Assembly (NCBI GenBank): GCA_963668315.1
Contig: OY764216.1
Coordinates: 5,216,001-5,280,000 of the forward strand
DNA: 64,000 nucleotides
Direction of reading: 5' to 3'
Source: Spirochaetia bacterium
Lineage (GTDB): Bacteria; Spirochaetota; Spirochaetia; DSM-2461
Shown piece after piece: positions 38,102 to 48,473 of this stretch. Below the pieces are notes generated by a model. It saw nothing but the letters and a program-made list of their open reading frames with translations. It was not told the origin of the DNA and searched no databases. The first letter of the stretch is position 1; each line of letters begins with the position of its first letter. The position numbers and the translations under genes were made by a program.

Positions 38102-38882
38102 GTACTCCGTGGTTATCGCCGAAGACGAAGAGCTTCTGCTGGACAACATCGTCGGCCGGGTCAACTCCCTGGATCTGGGGTTCCACGTGGTGGGCCGGGC
38201 CCAGACGGGCGACGGGGCCCTGGAAGAGATCCGCCTCCATACGCCGGACCTTCTGATAACCGATATCCGCATGCCGGTCATGGACGGGATGAAACTCCTG
38301 ACGCGGGTGACAAAGGAATTCCCCACGGTGAAGACGATCATCCTCAGCGGATTTTCCGACTTCGACTATGCGAAGAAAGCCCTGAATCTCGGGGTAAGCG
38401 AGTATCTTCTCAAACCGGTGGACCGGGAGGAACTGAGCACGGCCCTCCTTCAGGTGAAGACCCAGCTGGACCTGGACAGGGAGTCCTACGCCAGCCTTTT
38501 CGACCTGCCCCCATCCTGCACAAAGGAGCAGATTGCCGAGACCCTGAAAGAGTATATCCGCACCAATTACGACAAGAACATCAATCTGGATGAGATCACC
38601 TCCATGATGAACTACAGCGCCGGATACCTGACCAAAATATTCTGCCGCATCTACGGGGTAAGCCCGAACAAATATCTCATTTCCCTGCGGATACACAAGG
38701 CGCAGCACCTGCTCGTGCATAACCCGGAACTGGCGGTGCAGCAGATCGGCGAACTGATCGGTTACACGGAGATCAGCTACTTCAGCAGGATTTTCAAGAA
38801 GTACACCGGCATCAGCCCCGGAACCTACCGGGAGGAGGAGCGTAAAAAACTGTTTTCCCCGAGGAATGAGATCTTTCCCTGA
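38091..38882 (+). CDS. YesN-like response regulator (REC + AraC HTH)
   Basis: AEDE, TDIRMPVMDG, KP, YFSRIFKKYTGISP. Confidence 0.95.
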   Translation: MENKYSVVIAEDEELLLDNIVGRVNSLDLGFHVVGRAQTGDGALEEIRLHTPDLLITDIRMPVMDGMKLLTRVTKEFPTVKTIILSGFSDFDYAKKALNLGVSEYLLKPVDREELSTALLQVKTQLDLDRESYASLFDLPPSCTKEQIAETLKEYIRTNYDKNINLDEITSMMNYSAGYLTKIFCRIYGVSPNKYLISLRIHKAQHLLVHNPELAVQQIGELIGYTEISYFSRIFKKYTGISPGTYREEERKKLFSPRNEIFP

Positions 38883-39010
38883 AAAAGGTTTCGATTATCT
38901 TCGTTATTCCCCATTTCCAGCGGTTCTGTTGCTTTTTATCCGCCCCCAATATATAATAATAAAAATAAAACGAAAGTGATTCTTGAGAGAGACAGATCAG
39001 GGGAGTTTTC

Positions 39011-39775
39011 ATGTTAGCAGAACAGCGCAGAGAGAAAATCGTGGAATTAATCCGGGAAAACGGCAATGTCCGGGTTAGCTACCTCAGTAACCTGTTCCAG
39101 GTTTCCGAACCGACCATCAGACAGGATCTGATGAAAATAGAGGCAGGCGGAGAGATCGCCCGCGACCACGGCGGAGCCTACCTGAAAAACACCCATAACA
39201 GCGTGAAAACCCTTTCCCTCCAGCACAGGGAGAATATGGATCTGAAACAGAAGATCGGCAGGAAAGCCGCCGAGTTCATCAGGCCCGAGACATCGATCAT
39301 ACTCGATTCGGGAACCACGGTGACCGAGCTGGCGAAGAACATAACCGGCCAGAAGCACCTGCGTATCATCACCAACAGCCTCAACATCGCCCTGATCCTG
39401 GGAGCCGAGCCTGAGATGGAAGTGCATATGACGGGAGGGGAATTCAAATCCCCCACCCTCTCCCTCACCGGGGACAAGGCGGCCATGTTCTTCAACAATA
39501 TGCATGCGGACCAGCTCTTTCTGGCCGCCGCGGGAATAACCCTCAAGGGGGGGCTCACCTATCCGGGTTTCTCCGATCTGCCGGTGAAGCAGGCCATGCT
39601 GAATTCCGCCGAGGAAGTGTACCTGCTCGTCGATTCCACCAAGATCAACAAGCCCGCTTTCGCCGCCCTTAAAGCGCTGGACCAGCTCGATTACCTCATC
39701 ACCGACGGGGGCATAAGCGAGAAGGACAAGGCGGCTTTCGAAAAAATAGGCATCAAGGTCATCATCGCCGAATAA
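39011..39775 (+). CDS. DeoR/GlpR-family regulator
   Basis: VSEPTIRQDL, HGGA, LDSGTT, ITNSL, VDSTK. Confidence 0.95.
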   Translation: MLAEQRREKIVELIRENGNVRVSYLSNLFQVSEPTIRQDLMKIEAGGEIARDHGGAYLKNTHNSVKTLSLQHRENMDLKQKIGRKAAEFIRPETSIILDSGTTVTELAKNITGQKHLRIITNSLNIALILGAEPEMEVHMTGGEFKSPTLSLTGDKAAMFFNNMHADQLFLAAAGITLKGGLTYPGFSDLPVKQAMLNSAEEVYLLVDSTKINKPAFAALKALDQLDYLITDGGISEKDKAAFEKIGIKVIIAE

Positions 39776-39827
39776 TATACCCCGGGCCTCGAGTCCTTCG
39801 GGGATTTCCTTTGCAGGAGAGTAAATA

Positions 39828-42359
39828 ATGATTCGTCCTTTCCCCATGAATCAGGTTTCCGTCAGCGACGCGTATCTGGCCAATGCCTTTGAAAAGGAGC
39901 TGGCCTACCTGAGAAGCTACAATCCGGACAGGCTTCTCAGTTATTTCAGGACCAATGCCGGACTCAGCAGCAAGGACGCCCCCTACCCGGGCTGGGAAGA
40001 CACGGAGATAAAAGGCCATACCCTGGGCCACTATCTGAAAGCCCTCTCCCAGGCCTATATCAACAGGAGGGACAGGGATATTCTGGAGCGGCTCCACTAC
40101 ATGATCGATGAGCTGGCCCTCTGCCAGAGAGAGGACGGCTATCTCTTCGCTTCGGAGGAGTCCTATTTTGACCGGGTGGAGGAGCAGAAACCCGTCTGGG
40201 TTCCCTGGTATACCATGCACAAGATCCTGGCAGGCCTCACCTTCACCTACGAAGCGACCGGCTACCCCGCGGCGCTGGAGACGGCCTCCCTCCTGGGAGA
40301 CTGGGTATCCCGTCGTACCGCTTCCTGGACCGAGGAGATCCGCTCCCGGGTCCTGGCCCTGGAGTACGGGGGAATGAATGACGCCCTTTACGACCTCTAC
40401 CGTCTGACCGGCAGGGAGTCCCACCTCAGAGCGGCCCGGGCCTTCGACGAGCTGACCCTCTGGGAACCCCTGAGGGAGGGGCGGGATGTCCTCCCGGGAA
40501 AGCATGCCAATACGACCATTCCCAAAATTGTGGGCGCCCTGAACCGCTATCATATCACCGGAGACGAAGCCGCCCTTGAAACGGCGGTCCGCTTCTGGGA
40601 CATGGTCGTTTCCCACCACAGCTACATAACGGGAGGAAACAGCGAATGGGAGCACTTCGGCAGGCCCGATATCCTTGACGCCGACCGGTCCCGCTACACC
40701 TGCGAAACCTGCAACACCTACAACATGCTCAAACTGACCCGCGGGCTCTTCGCGGCCACGGGAGACGGAAAATACGCCGATTTCTATGAGCGCACCTTCA
40801 TAAACGCCATTCTCTCCTCCCAGCATCCCGAGTCGGGCATGACCATGTATTTCCAGCCCATGGCCGCGGGGTATTTCAAGGTCTACAGCTCCCCCTTCGA
40901 CCACTTCTGGTGCTGCACCGGCACGGGCATGGAGAATTTTTCCAAATTGAACGACAGCCTCTTCTTCCATGAGAACGGCACGCTGTATGTGAATATGTAC
41001 TTCTCCTCCCATCTGGAATGGAAGGAGAGGGGCCTCAAGCTGACCATGAAAGCCGACCTGACCGTCAGCGATAAAATCACCCTGACCGTCGAAAGCGCCT
41101 CATCGGAAGAGAAGAACCGCATTCTCCTCCGAATCCCCCCCTGGACAAAAGGCACCCCCCTTCTGACCCTCAACGGGTCTCCCTGCCCCTGCCCTGTGGA
41201 AGGGGGATACGCCGTCCTTGACAGGGTATGGCGGGGCGACGACCGGATAACCCTGCGGCTGCCCATGGAAGTCAGGGCGCATACCCTGCCGGATAATCCC
41301 GCCGCCGCGGCCTTCCGGTACGGTCCCTACGTTCTGAGCGCCGCCCTGGGCCGGGAGGATCTCTCCCTCTCCCGGACGGGAGTCATGGTGGACGTCCCCA
41401 CGAAGGAGATGATCATCCAGGACTTTCTGACCCTGACCGAAGGGACTCCCGCCGCATGGCTCTCCCGCATCGGGGAGAATGCCCTGAAGGACGGGGAGAA
41501 GCCGGAGTTCCGCCTGACCGGCATTGCCGAGGGGGATTCCCTTCTCTTCACCCCCCACTACCTCCAGCACAACGAACGGTACGGCCTTTACTGGAATCTC
41601 GTGGAAAAGGATTCCCCCGAGGTCCAGAAGCATTTGAAAGACCGCAAGGACGCCTCCCTCCTGGCCGGCTCCACCGTTGATTCCCTGCCCGTCGGCAACG
41701 ACCAGTACGAGCTGACCCATCAAATCGCCGGGGAGAAGACCTACACCGGCACCTGGGACGGCTACAACTACCGCTGCGCCGACAGGGAAGGATGGTTCCG
41801 CTATACCCTCGGCGTCGTACCCGGGGAGGAAACCCTTCTCATGGTCAAATACTTCGATTTCGACCGGGAACGGCCGGTGTACATAGACATAGACGGGGAA
41901 CCGGCCTTCACGGAGACGGGCGATTTTCCCGGAAACAGGGAGTTCATTGACCGGATATACCCCATTCCCTCCTCCCTGACCAGGGGAAAAGGAAGCGTGA
42001 CCCTGACCTTCCGCGCCGGCAAGGAGAGCAAGACCGCCGGAATCTACCACATCCTCAGGACCCTGAAAAAGGCTTCCGCCGATGCCCGCCTCTCCTCGCT
42101 TACCCCTGCGGGACTTACGCTGGACGAGCCATTCAACCCGGAAAAAACCGGCTATACCCTGGTGGGGACGGGGGGCAGAACCTCCTTTCCCCTCAGACTG
42201 ACGCCGGCCGCCCGGAACGCCCTGGTCTATGTGGACGGGATACTCATTGACGATACGCAGACACGGACGATTCCCCTCTCCCCAGGGAAAGGGACAATCG
42301 AAATCCGGGTGGTCGCCGAGGACAGGAAAACCGAAAGGCTTTACACTCTCCGCGGGTAA
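39828..42359 (+). CDS. GH127/GH146 beta-L-arabinofuranosidase-like protein
   Basis: GHTLGHYL, WYTMHKI, EYGGMN, HANTTIP, CETCNTYNMLK, FWCCTGTGME; C-terminal beta-sandwich domains. Confidence 0.9.
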   Translation: MIRPFPMNQVSVSDAYLANAFEKELAYLRSYNPDRLLSYFRTNAGLSSKDAPYPGWEDTEIKGHTLGHYLKALSQAYINRRDRDILERLHYMIDELALCQREDGYLFASEESYFDRVEEQKPVWVPWYTMHKILAGLTFTYEATGYPAALETASLLGDWVSRRTASWTEEIRSRVLALEYGGMNDALYDLYRLTGRESHLRAARAFDELTLWEPLREGRDVLPGKHANTTIPKIVGALNRYHITGDEAALETAVRFWDMVVSHHSYITGGNSEWEHFGRPDILDADRSRYTCETCNTYNMLKLTRGLFAATGDGKYADFYERTFINAILSSQHPESGMTMYFQPMAAGYFKVYSSPFDHFWCCTGTGMENFSKLNDSLFFHENGTLYVNMYFSSHLEWKERGLKLTMKADLTVSDKITLTVESASSEEKNRILLRIPPWTKGTPLLTLNGSPCPCPVEGGYAVLDRVWRGDDRITLRLPMEVRAHTLPDNPAAAAFRYGPYVLSAALGREDLSLSRTGVMVDVPTKEMIIQDFLTLTEGTPAAWLSRIGENALKDGEKPEFRLTGIAEGDSLLFTPHYLQHNERYGLYWNLVEKDSPEVQKHLKDRKDASLLAGSTVDSLPVGNDQYELTHQIAGEKTYTGTWDGYNYRCADREGWFRYTLGVVPGEETLLMVKYFDFDRERPVYIDIDGEPAFTETGDFPGNREFIDRIYPIPSSLTRGKGSVTLTFRAGKESKTAGIYHILRTLKKASADARLSSLTPAGLTLDEPFNPEKTGYTLVGTGGRTSFPLRLTPAARNALVYVDGILIDDTQTRTIPLSPGKGTIEIRVVAEDRKTERLYTLRG

Positions 42360-42396
42360 GCGAAACGGGGCGGTAAAAACGGAGGATGCCCCGCCC

Positions 42397-43272
42397 CTAC
42401 CGGAAGCGGGCGATGATCTCCCTCAGGCGGACGAGGGACTTCTCATGGCCGAACTGGGCGATCATTAAAAGGAGCTCCTTCAGCTGGTAAAGGGGCAGCC
42501 GCTCCCGCCAGCCGGGGATCAGCCCGTAGGATTCGTCGTACCCCTCGTAGAAAGCCTCGGGGAAAACCTTGTAGAGCTGGGTATTGGCCAGATCCGCCTC
42601 GGGATGGCCGTAATGGAGGGCCGGATCGATCAGGACGATGCCCCCTCCGACCTTCTTGAAGACATTGTTCATCCAGAAATCCCCGTGGCAGACAGCCGGG
42701 GGCAGATCGGGAACCAGATCCTTCATCTTCAGAAATATCCCCTCTATCCCCGCGATATCGTCGGCCGTGATGAACTCCCCGTTCCTCCCCGCGTCATAAT
42801 AGCAGGAGACCCGGTTCTTATAATAGAAATCGACCCAGTCCTTCTCGGGGGTGTTCTTCTGCGTCCAGATTCCCAGATAGTTATCGAAGGGATAACCGTA
42901 ATAATCCATCTTTCCCCTGTGAAGAGCACCGAAATCCCGGCCGAAATCGAACCAGTCCTCATCGTCCGCCTCCTCAGCTTCCGGGCCCAGATCCTCCATC
43001 AGCAGAATCCCCTCCGAAACGCCCAGCACCCGGGGAACGGTCACCGTACCGGTCCCGCCCATCCTCTCCAGAGCCTCCGCCTCAAAGCGGAAAAGATCGG
43101 GAATATCCTCCTTGCAAACCTTGGCGATCCAGGTCCTGGAATCGGATCTCAGCCGGAAAATATGATTGGCGGCACCGGAAGTCAGATACTCCCACGCCCT
43201 CAGGGGCTCTCCCATAAGCGCCGTCAGCTCCTCGGCCTGCCCGTCGTTCAGCTCAGGTTTTTCTTCTTCCAT
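42397..43272 (-). CDS. Fructosamine kinase family protein
   Basis: CHGDFWMNN, LIDPALHYGHPEADLA, RLPLYQL; start taken at MEEEK. Confidence 0.85.
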   Translation of the reverse strand: MEEEKPELNDGQAEELTALMGEPLRAWEYLTSGAANHIFRLRSDSRTWIAKVCKEDIPDLFRFEAEALERMGGTGTVTVPRVLGVSEGILLMEDLGPEAEEADDEDWFDFGRDFGALHRGKMDYYGYPFDNYLGIWTQKNTPEKDWVDFYYKNRVSCYYDAGRNGEFITADDIAGIEGIFLKMKDLVPDLPPAVCHGDFWMNNVFKKVGGGIVLIDPALHYGHPEADLANTQLYKVFPEAFYEGYDESYGLIPGWRERLPLYQLKELLLMIAQFGHEKSLVRLREIIARFR

Positions 43273-43445
43273 AAAACACTCCTGCCAAGGATCATACCAC
43301 ATAAATAAATCCTGGCAAATCCGCGCCGCCTGCGCCGCCGCGGACCGGACTATCCGCTCGAAGGGGCTTGTCTCCGGCCCTCACTCCCTCTTCCTCCCGT
43401 CAGAGGGGCGCCGGAGGCCCCTAACCGCTCCTATTCCTTTTGCGT

Positions 43446-44726
43446 CTACGCCTCTTTCAGAATCTTCTGCTCAATAAGGGGAGACTCCTTCAGAAAGAGA
43501 ACCAGTCCCAGGGAGATCAGGGAGAGAAGGGCAAACAGTCCCATCATATCCTTCAACCAGAGATTCGACCTCAGGCTCATCATGGCGGTGAATACCATGC
43601 CGGAGATCTGCCCCGCGAGAAGCAGAAGTCCCTGGGAGGAGGATTCCGGAGCGGGATGGCTCACCTCGGCGGCGTACTGGAACCCTATGGGACCGGCGCT
43701 CATAACGAAAAACCCCAGGAGAAAGGAAGAGACCAGGGCCGCGGTGTAAACCGATCCGGAAGCCGAAAACAGTCTGTCCGCAAAGGCCAGTCCCGCCAGA
43801 GCGGGGACCATGCCGGCCATATTAATGACCAGAAAGAGTTTTCGCTTTCTCAGTTTGTCCGAGAGGATGGGAAGGATCAGAGCGCCGAGGATCCCCCCGG
43901 CTATCATGAGGACGCCGATCATCCCGTCCGAATCGGCCACGCCCAGGGAACCGGAAATCGAATCGACCATGGAACTGACCGCATTGAAGATGCCCAGGCC
44001 GATGAAGAAGAGAATCAGGGTAAAGACCATGTCCCTCCGCCCGAAGATATAGCGGAAGCCTTCGGTGAACTTCACGTGGCTCCGGTTTTCCTCCTCCCCC
44101 GAGGTGCGGGGCCTTTCCCTGATAAGGAAAAAGGCGGCCAGCGCGACGGCGGCGCTTATGATGCCGTAGAGCCTGAGCATGGAACCCAGCCCCTGCCCGT
44201 AGGACGGGTCTTCCGGGGAGCAGACGACCAGGAGGGGGGTAATCCCCATGGCGGCGATAATTCCCAGATACTGGGCCAGGGACGCCAGCCCGGTGGCCGT
44301 GCCCCGCTCCTCCAGGGGAAACCAGCGGGCGGCCGTGGCCGTCACGCCGTTCAGAAGAAAGGGCTGCGCCGCAGCCAGTCCGACCTGGGCCCACAGCACG
44401 ACAAGAAAAGAGTCCCCCCCGAAGCCTTTGACAAGGCTGAAGACGGCGGTCATGAAACAGCCCGCCCCCAGGCCGACCCTGATCCCCTTCGTATCGATCA
44501 CATAGGAAGCGGGCAGGGAGACGGCCAGATAGACAATCATGTAGGAGAGGGCCAGAAAATCGATATTGAAAAGGGAATCGGGATTGAACTGGCCTTCGTA
44601 GAAAACGGAGGCCGCCCGGGAAACGGCCGCCACGGCCAGCCACTGAAGCTCGATAATCACGGTAACCCCCATAAGGGCCGCCAGGACTATCCACCGGTAC
44701 GGGGGGTAATGATCGCCTTTTTCCAT
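43446..44726 (-). CDS. MFS transporter (FLVCR-like signature)
   Basis: About 12 TMs; YRWIVL, AQPFLLN...AARWFPLEERGTATG, AAEVSHPAPE. Confidence 0.9.
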   Translation of the reverse strand: MEKGDHYPPYRWIVLAALMGVTVIIELQWLAVAAVSRAASVFYEGQFNPDSLFNIDFLALSYMIVYLAVSLPASYVIDTKGIRVGLGAGCFMTAVFSLVKGFGGDSFLVVLWAQVGLAAAQPFLLNGVTATAARWFPLEERGTATGLASLAQYLGIIAAMGITPLLVVCSPEDPSYGQGLGSMLRLYGIISAAVALAAFFLIRERPRTSGEEENRSHVKFTEGFRYIFGRRDMVFTLILFFIGLGIFNAVSSMVDSISGSLGVADSDGMIGVLMIAGGILGALILPILSDKLRKRKLFLVINMAGMVPALAGLAFADRLFSASGSVYTAALVSSFLLGFFVMSAGPIGFQYAAEVSHPAPESSSQGLLLLAGQISGMVFTAMMSLRSNLWLKDMMGLFALLSLISLGLVLFLKESPLIEQKILKEA

Positions 44727-44741
44727 ATCCTCTCCTTTTCT

Positions 44742-46340
44742 CTACCTGTTCATCCGGTAGAACAGATTCCGGTTTTTCCTATACAGCTCCCGAAAGACAC
44801 GGTACTGCTTCTCATAGACGGCCCTGTCCTTCCGGTCGGGACGGAAGCGTTCCTTCAGGGGTATCATGGCCGGGATTTCTTTCGGGGAGTCGATCCATCC
44901 CATCCCCCACGCCGCAATCAGCGCGGCCCCCAGAGCCCCGGCGTTATGGGGGTTTTCGGGAACTTCCAGCTCCCGCCCCGTCACATCGGCGAGGATCTGC
45001 GCCGTAACCGGGGACAGGGCTCCTCCCCCCACGAAGCGCAGGACATTCTGCCGGGGAATTCTCTCTTCGATGCTCTCAAGCATCCACCGGCTGTTATAGG
45101 CCAGTCCCTCCACCACGGCGCGGATCATCTCGCTCTTTCCCGTATTCAGTCCCAGGTTGAAGAACATTCCCCGGGCATGGGGATCCTCGAAGGGAGACCG
45201 GTTCCCGTGGAGCCAGGGAGTGAAAAGCACATCCCCCGATCCGGCGGGAGTTCCCCCAATCACTTCGTTGAGATATTCAAAAAGGTTGCGGTAAATCGAT
45301 TCGGGATCGTCGGCCACGGAGATTTTCTCCAGATAGATGCCTATCTCGTCTATGGCCAGATGGTCCCGCACCCATTCCAGGCACTTGCCCGAGGTCTCCT
45401 GCTCACAGAAGTAGTGGAAACGTCCCGGCACGGCGCAGGTGATGGAAGCGATTTTCCTCTTAATATCCAGCATGCGCCTGTCCGTGACGGCCGAGACCCA
45501 CCCGGATGTTCCCATATAGATATGGGTGCGGTTCTTCTCCACGGCTCCCGCTCCCAGGCCTATGGTGGACGCATCGCCCCCTCCTCCGAAGACAGGGGTG
45601 TCTTCCGCCAGCCCCATCCGCGCGGCCATGGTTCCCGTCAGCCCGCCGGCCACCTGGCTCGAACCGATAATCCGGGGCAGATGGCCCGGGTCGACTCCGT
45701 AGGCACGGCAGAGGGGAAGACTCCAGCATCCCCGTCCCGGGCGGTTGTCGAAAAGGCCCGTGGCACAGGCCGAATCCTCCGTGCAGACCGCTTCCCCGGT
45801 AAGGCGGTAGATAAGGAAATCCTTCACATCCAGCCAGTAATTTATCCAGGAAAACAGCTCCTTCTCGTTCTCCTTCACCCAGAGATACTTCCACAGGGGA
45901 TCTTTAACGCTGGTGGGAGCGATGCCGGTAACAGCGATGGAACGGGCCAGGAGAAGGGGCGGAATATCGTCTATACCGGGTCCCCGGGAAAATTTTCTCT
46001 TAACCTCCACGGCCCTCTGGTCCATATAGCTCATGGCGGGCCTCAGGGGCATACCGTCCCGGCCGACCAGAACAAGCCCCTGCATCTGGGAGGAAAAGGA
46101 GAGCCCCTTAATAGCCGAGGGGGAGACGCCCGTCTCCTCAAGAATCCTCCCGGTCGTCAGGATCAGGGCATCCACCCACTCCTCCGGGTTCTGTTCGGCC
46201 CTTCCCCCCTCTTGTATCTTGATGGGATAGGACTCCATGGCGCTTCCGATCAGTTCGGCGGGAGATCCCATCCGATAAAGGCAGGATTTGGTGCTGGTGG
46301 TGCCCACGTCAAAGGCCAGGATCAAAGACTCACCCGTCAT
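44742..46340 (-). CDS. FGGY-family carbohydrate kinase
   Basis: FDVGTTSTK, AEQNPEEW, SSQMQG, MDQRA, GGGGD, VGGGA. Confidence 0.93.
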   Translation of the reverse strand: MTGESLILAFDVGTTSTKSCLYRMGSPAELIGSAMESYPIKIQEGGRAEQNPEEWVDALILTTGRILEETGVSPSAIKGLSFSSQMQGLVLVGRDGMPLRPAMSYMDQRAVEVKRKFSRGPGIDDIPPLLLARSIAVTGIAPTSVKDPLWKYLWVKENEKELFSWINYWLDVKDFLIYRLTGEAVCTEDSACATGLFDNRPGRGCWSLPLCRAYGVDPGHLPRIIGSSQVAGGLTGTMAARMGLAEDTPVFGGGGDASTIGLGAGAVEKNRTHIYMGTSGWVSAVTDRRMLDIKRKIASITCAVPGRFHYFCEQETSGKCLEWVRDHLAIDEIGIYLEKISVADDPESIYRNLFEYLNEVIGGTPAGSGDVLFTPWLHGNRSPFEDPHARGMFFNLGLNTGKSEMIRAVVEGLAYNSRWMLESIEERIPRQNVLRFVGGGALSPVTAQILADVTGRELEVPENPHNAGALGAALIAAWGMGWIDSPKEIPAMIPLKERFRPDRKDRAVYEKQYRVFRELYRKNRNLFYRMNR

Positions 46341-46990
46341 TGTTCCAGCCGCTGTTTCGAATATTTCTTCAAATAAATCTGATGCATGAGGGCCGCCTCA
46401 AACCGATTGATCGACTTGGCCCCTCCCAGGAATTCGGCCTCGATGAAGGCCTTGCAGCCCTTATCCAGCACTTCGCAGCAGACAAAGGCCTCCTCCATAT
46501 CCCGCCCCAGGCAGACAGCCCCGTGATTGGCCATGAGCGCCCCGTTTCGTCCGCGCAGGGCTTTCAGGGTCTTCCGTACAATGGCTTTCGTGCTGGGAAG
46601 GGCATAACCGGCGACCCTCACCGTAGGCCCGATCAGCTGAGCCAGATCGTCCAGGACGGGAGGAACCTCCCTCCGGGCGGCGGCGGCCACGCTGGCATTG
46701 GGGCTGTGGTTATGAATAACGGCGCCGATCTCCTTCCTTTCCCGGTAGATCGCCGTATGAAGCTTATATTCGCTGGAAGGCTTGCGCCCCGTCCACTCCT
46801 CCGTTTCGATATTCACCAAGGTGAGGTCTTCCGGTTTAATTTTCACATATTCCAGTCCGCTGGGAGTCACAAGCATCTCCGTTTCGGAAAGGCGCACACT
46901 CAGATTCCCCCAGGTCCCCGAAGTCAGACCCGCTTCGACCAGCCTCAATCCGCTCTGCAGAAGGAGTTCCCTTCCTCTCTCGACATTCAT
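46337..46990 (-). CDS. Class II aldolase/adducin family protein (FucA-like)
   Basis: GTWGNLS, TPSG, PSSEYKLH, IHNHS, ANHGA (Zn-binding His residues present). Confidence 0.92.
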   Translation of the reverse strand: MNVERGRELLLQSGLRLVEAGLTSGTWGNLSVRLSETEMLVTPSGLEYVKIKPEDLTLVNIETEEWTGRKPSSEYKLHTAIYRERKEIGAVIHNHSPNASVAAAARREVPPVLDDLAQLIGPTVRVAGYALPSTKAIVRKTLKALRGRNGALMANHGAVCLGRDMEEAFVCCEVLDKGCKAFIEAEFLGGAKSINRFEAALMHQIYLKKYSKQRLEQ

Positions 46991-47003
46991 GCGTCCTCCT
47001 CTC

Positions 47004-48464
47004 CTAGACGGAGCTTTTCACCCGGGAGAAAACCCGGTCGAAGCGCTCAAGGGCATCGTCGACGACCTCTTCACTGTCCTGGGCGCTTGTATACAGCCGG
47101 CTTCCCGCCAGGGTGATGATCCCCTCCGCCGTATAGGCGGCGCCGTAGATTTCCATGACTTCCTTTCGGGCCCGGGCTTCTCGTATCGTCTCCTTGATCG
47201 TCCAGAATCTCTTCAGATCTATGTCCAGAAGCATGGCCGCCCCCGTTTCCAGATGGCAGATGGCGCCCTGGTTGAAAGCGACAAAGGGCAGCTTGTACTT
47301 ATCCATGATTTTCTTAAGCCCTTCGGTCAGCCTGTCGGCGGCGGCTCCTGCTTTGACGCAGCTGTCCTGCTTCTCCATTTCGCAGATGGTGAAATACCCC
47401 GCCGCCGAACTCAGGGGGTTGGCCGCCATGGTTCCTCCCACGAGGGCCTTCTTCTGACCGCTCTGAAGTCCGGCGGCCAGAAACTTCATGAACTGCTCCT
47501 TACCGCCCAGTCCGCCGGCCGAGGGGTATCCCCCCGCCACGATCTTTCCGAAAACGGTCAGGTCCGGTTCCACCCCGAAATACCCCTGGGCTCCGGACAT
47601 GCCGATTCTGAAGGCGGTAACCACCTCGTCGAAAATCAGCAGGGCGCCGTACTTATCGCACAGGGCACGCACGCCCGCGTTGAAATCCCTGTCCAGAGGC
47701 CTGGTTCCGCTCTCCGGGCCGACCGGCTCGATGAGAACAGCCGCGGTCCCTCCCCTCAGCCGGTTTCTCCTGAGAACCCCTTCCAGGCTGTTGAGATCGT
47801 TAGGATAGAACTCCTGGGTCTGTTTGAAGACATGGCGGGGAACGCCGTGGGCTTCCAGATGCATGGTCCCGGGCAGGCGGATGCCGTAGGCCAGCTGGTC
47901 GCTCCATCCGTGGTAGGCACCTCCCATCTTCACGACATTCTTATGCCCCGTGGCCAGACGGGCGACCCGTATGGAAGCCATGCAGGCTTCCGTACCGCTG
48001 CCGAGCATACGGAACAGATCCACCGAGGGATAAAGCTGGGCAATCTTATCGGCCAGTTTGTACTCGTATTCATGGAAAAGCCCCGTCACGGGACCGGTGG
48101 TATTGAGCAGCTCCACCACCTTTTCCCTCACCTCCGGCATATTGCTCCCGAGCAGAGTGGGACCGCCGGCCTGAAGAAAGTCGATATAGCGGTTTCCGTC
48201 CAGGTCGTAGAGGTAGGCCCCCTCCGCCCTTTCCATAACCAGAGGAAAGGGGTGGTTGAAGGCCAGGTTGTGCTGAACACCTCCGGGGATCCGGGTCTTT
48301 GCCTTCTCTATCATCTCCCGGGATCGGGTGCATTTCTTTTCGAAGTAGCCGTCCACCTCCTCCACATAGGACGATTCGGGCATCAGGACGGGCCGGGATA
48401 CCAGCCTCTTCAGTTCGGCGGTAACCTCCGCCGCATCGGGATAGCGGGAAATGGAAAAACTCAT
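47004..48464 (-). CDS. Class III PLP aminotransferase, GSA-aminomutase-like
   Basis: GAYLYDLDGNRYIDF, SGTEA, YHG, IFDEVVT, FGKIVAGG; GGAGG RBS before ATG 48464. Confidence 0.9.
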   Translation of the reverse strand: MSFSISRYPDAAEVTAELKRLVSRPVLMPESSYVEEVDGYFEKKCTRSREMIEKAKTRIPGGVQHNLAFNHPFPLVMERAEGAYLYDLDGNRYIDFLQAGGPTLLGSNMPEVREKVVELLNTTGPVTGLFHEYEYKLADKIAQLYPSVDLFRMLGSGTEACMASIRVARLATGHKNVVKMGGAYHGWSDQLAYGIRLPGTMHLEAHGVPRHVFKQTQEFYPNDLNSLEGVLRRNRLRGGTAAVLIEPVGPESGTRPLDRDFNAGVRALCDKYGALLIFDEVVTAFRIGMSGAQGYFGVEPDLTVFGKIVAGGYPSAGGLGGKEQFMKFLAAGLQSGQKKALVGGTMAANPLSSAAGYFTICEMEKQDSCVKAGAAADRLTEGLKKIMDKYKLPFVAFNQGAICHLETGAAMLLDIDLKRFWTIKETIREARARKEVMEIYGAAYTAEGIITLAGSRLYTSAQDSEEVVDDALERFDRVFSRVKSSV

Positions 48465-48473
48465 GGGACCTCC

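Noticed and set aside
38885..38980. DeoR operator (TTCG/CGAA half-sites)
   Set aside because: The matches are too short and irregular to support a call.
43440..46376. 978-aa plus-strand ORF (and similar long ORFs at 46782-48482, 48525-50618, 20352-22211, 18193-19755, 36323-37825)
   Set aside because: They lie antisense to well-supported genes and show no recognisable motifs. They are best explained as shadow frames from GC-rich codon usage.
44742..46990. Calling the kinase and aldolase xylB or fucK/fucA
   Set aside because: There is no isomerase or mutarotase in the operon, and family membership alone does not fix the substrate.
47004..48464. Calling the aminotransferase hemL
   Set aside because: It has an N-terminal extension, divergent motifs and a sugar-kinase/aldolase context with no tetrapyrrole genes.
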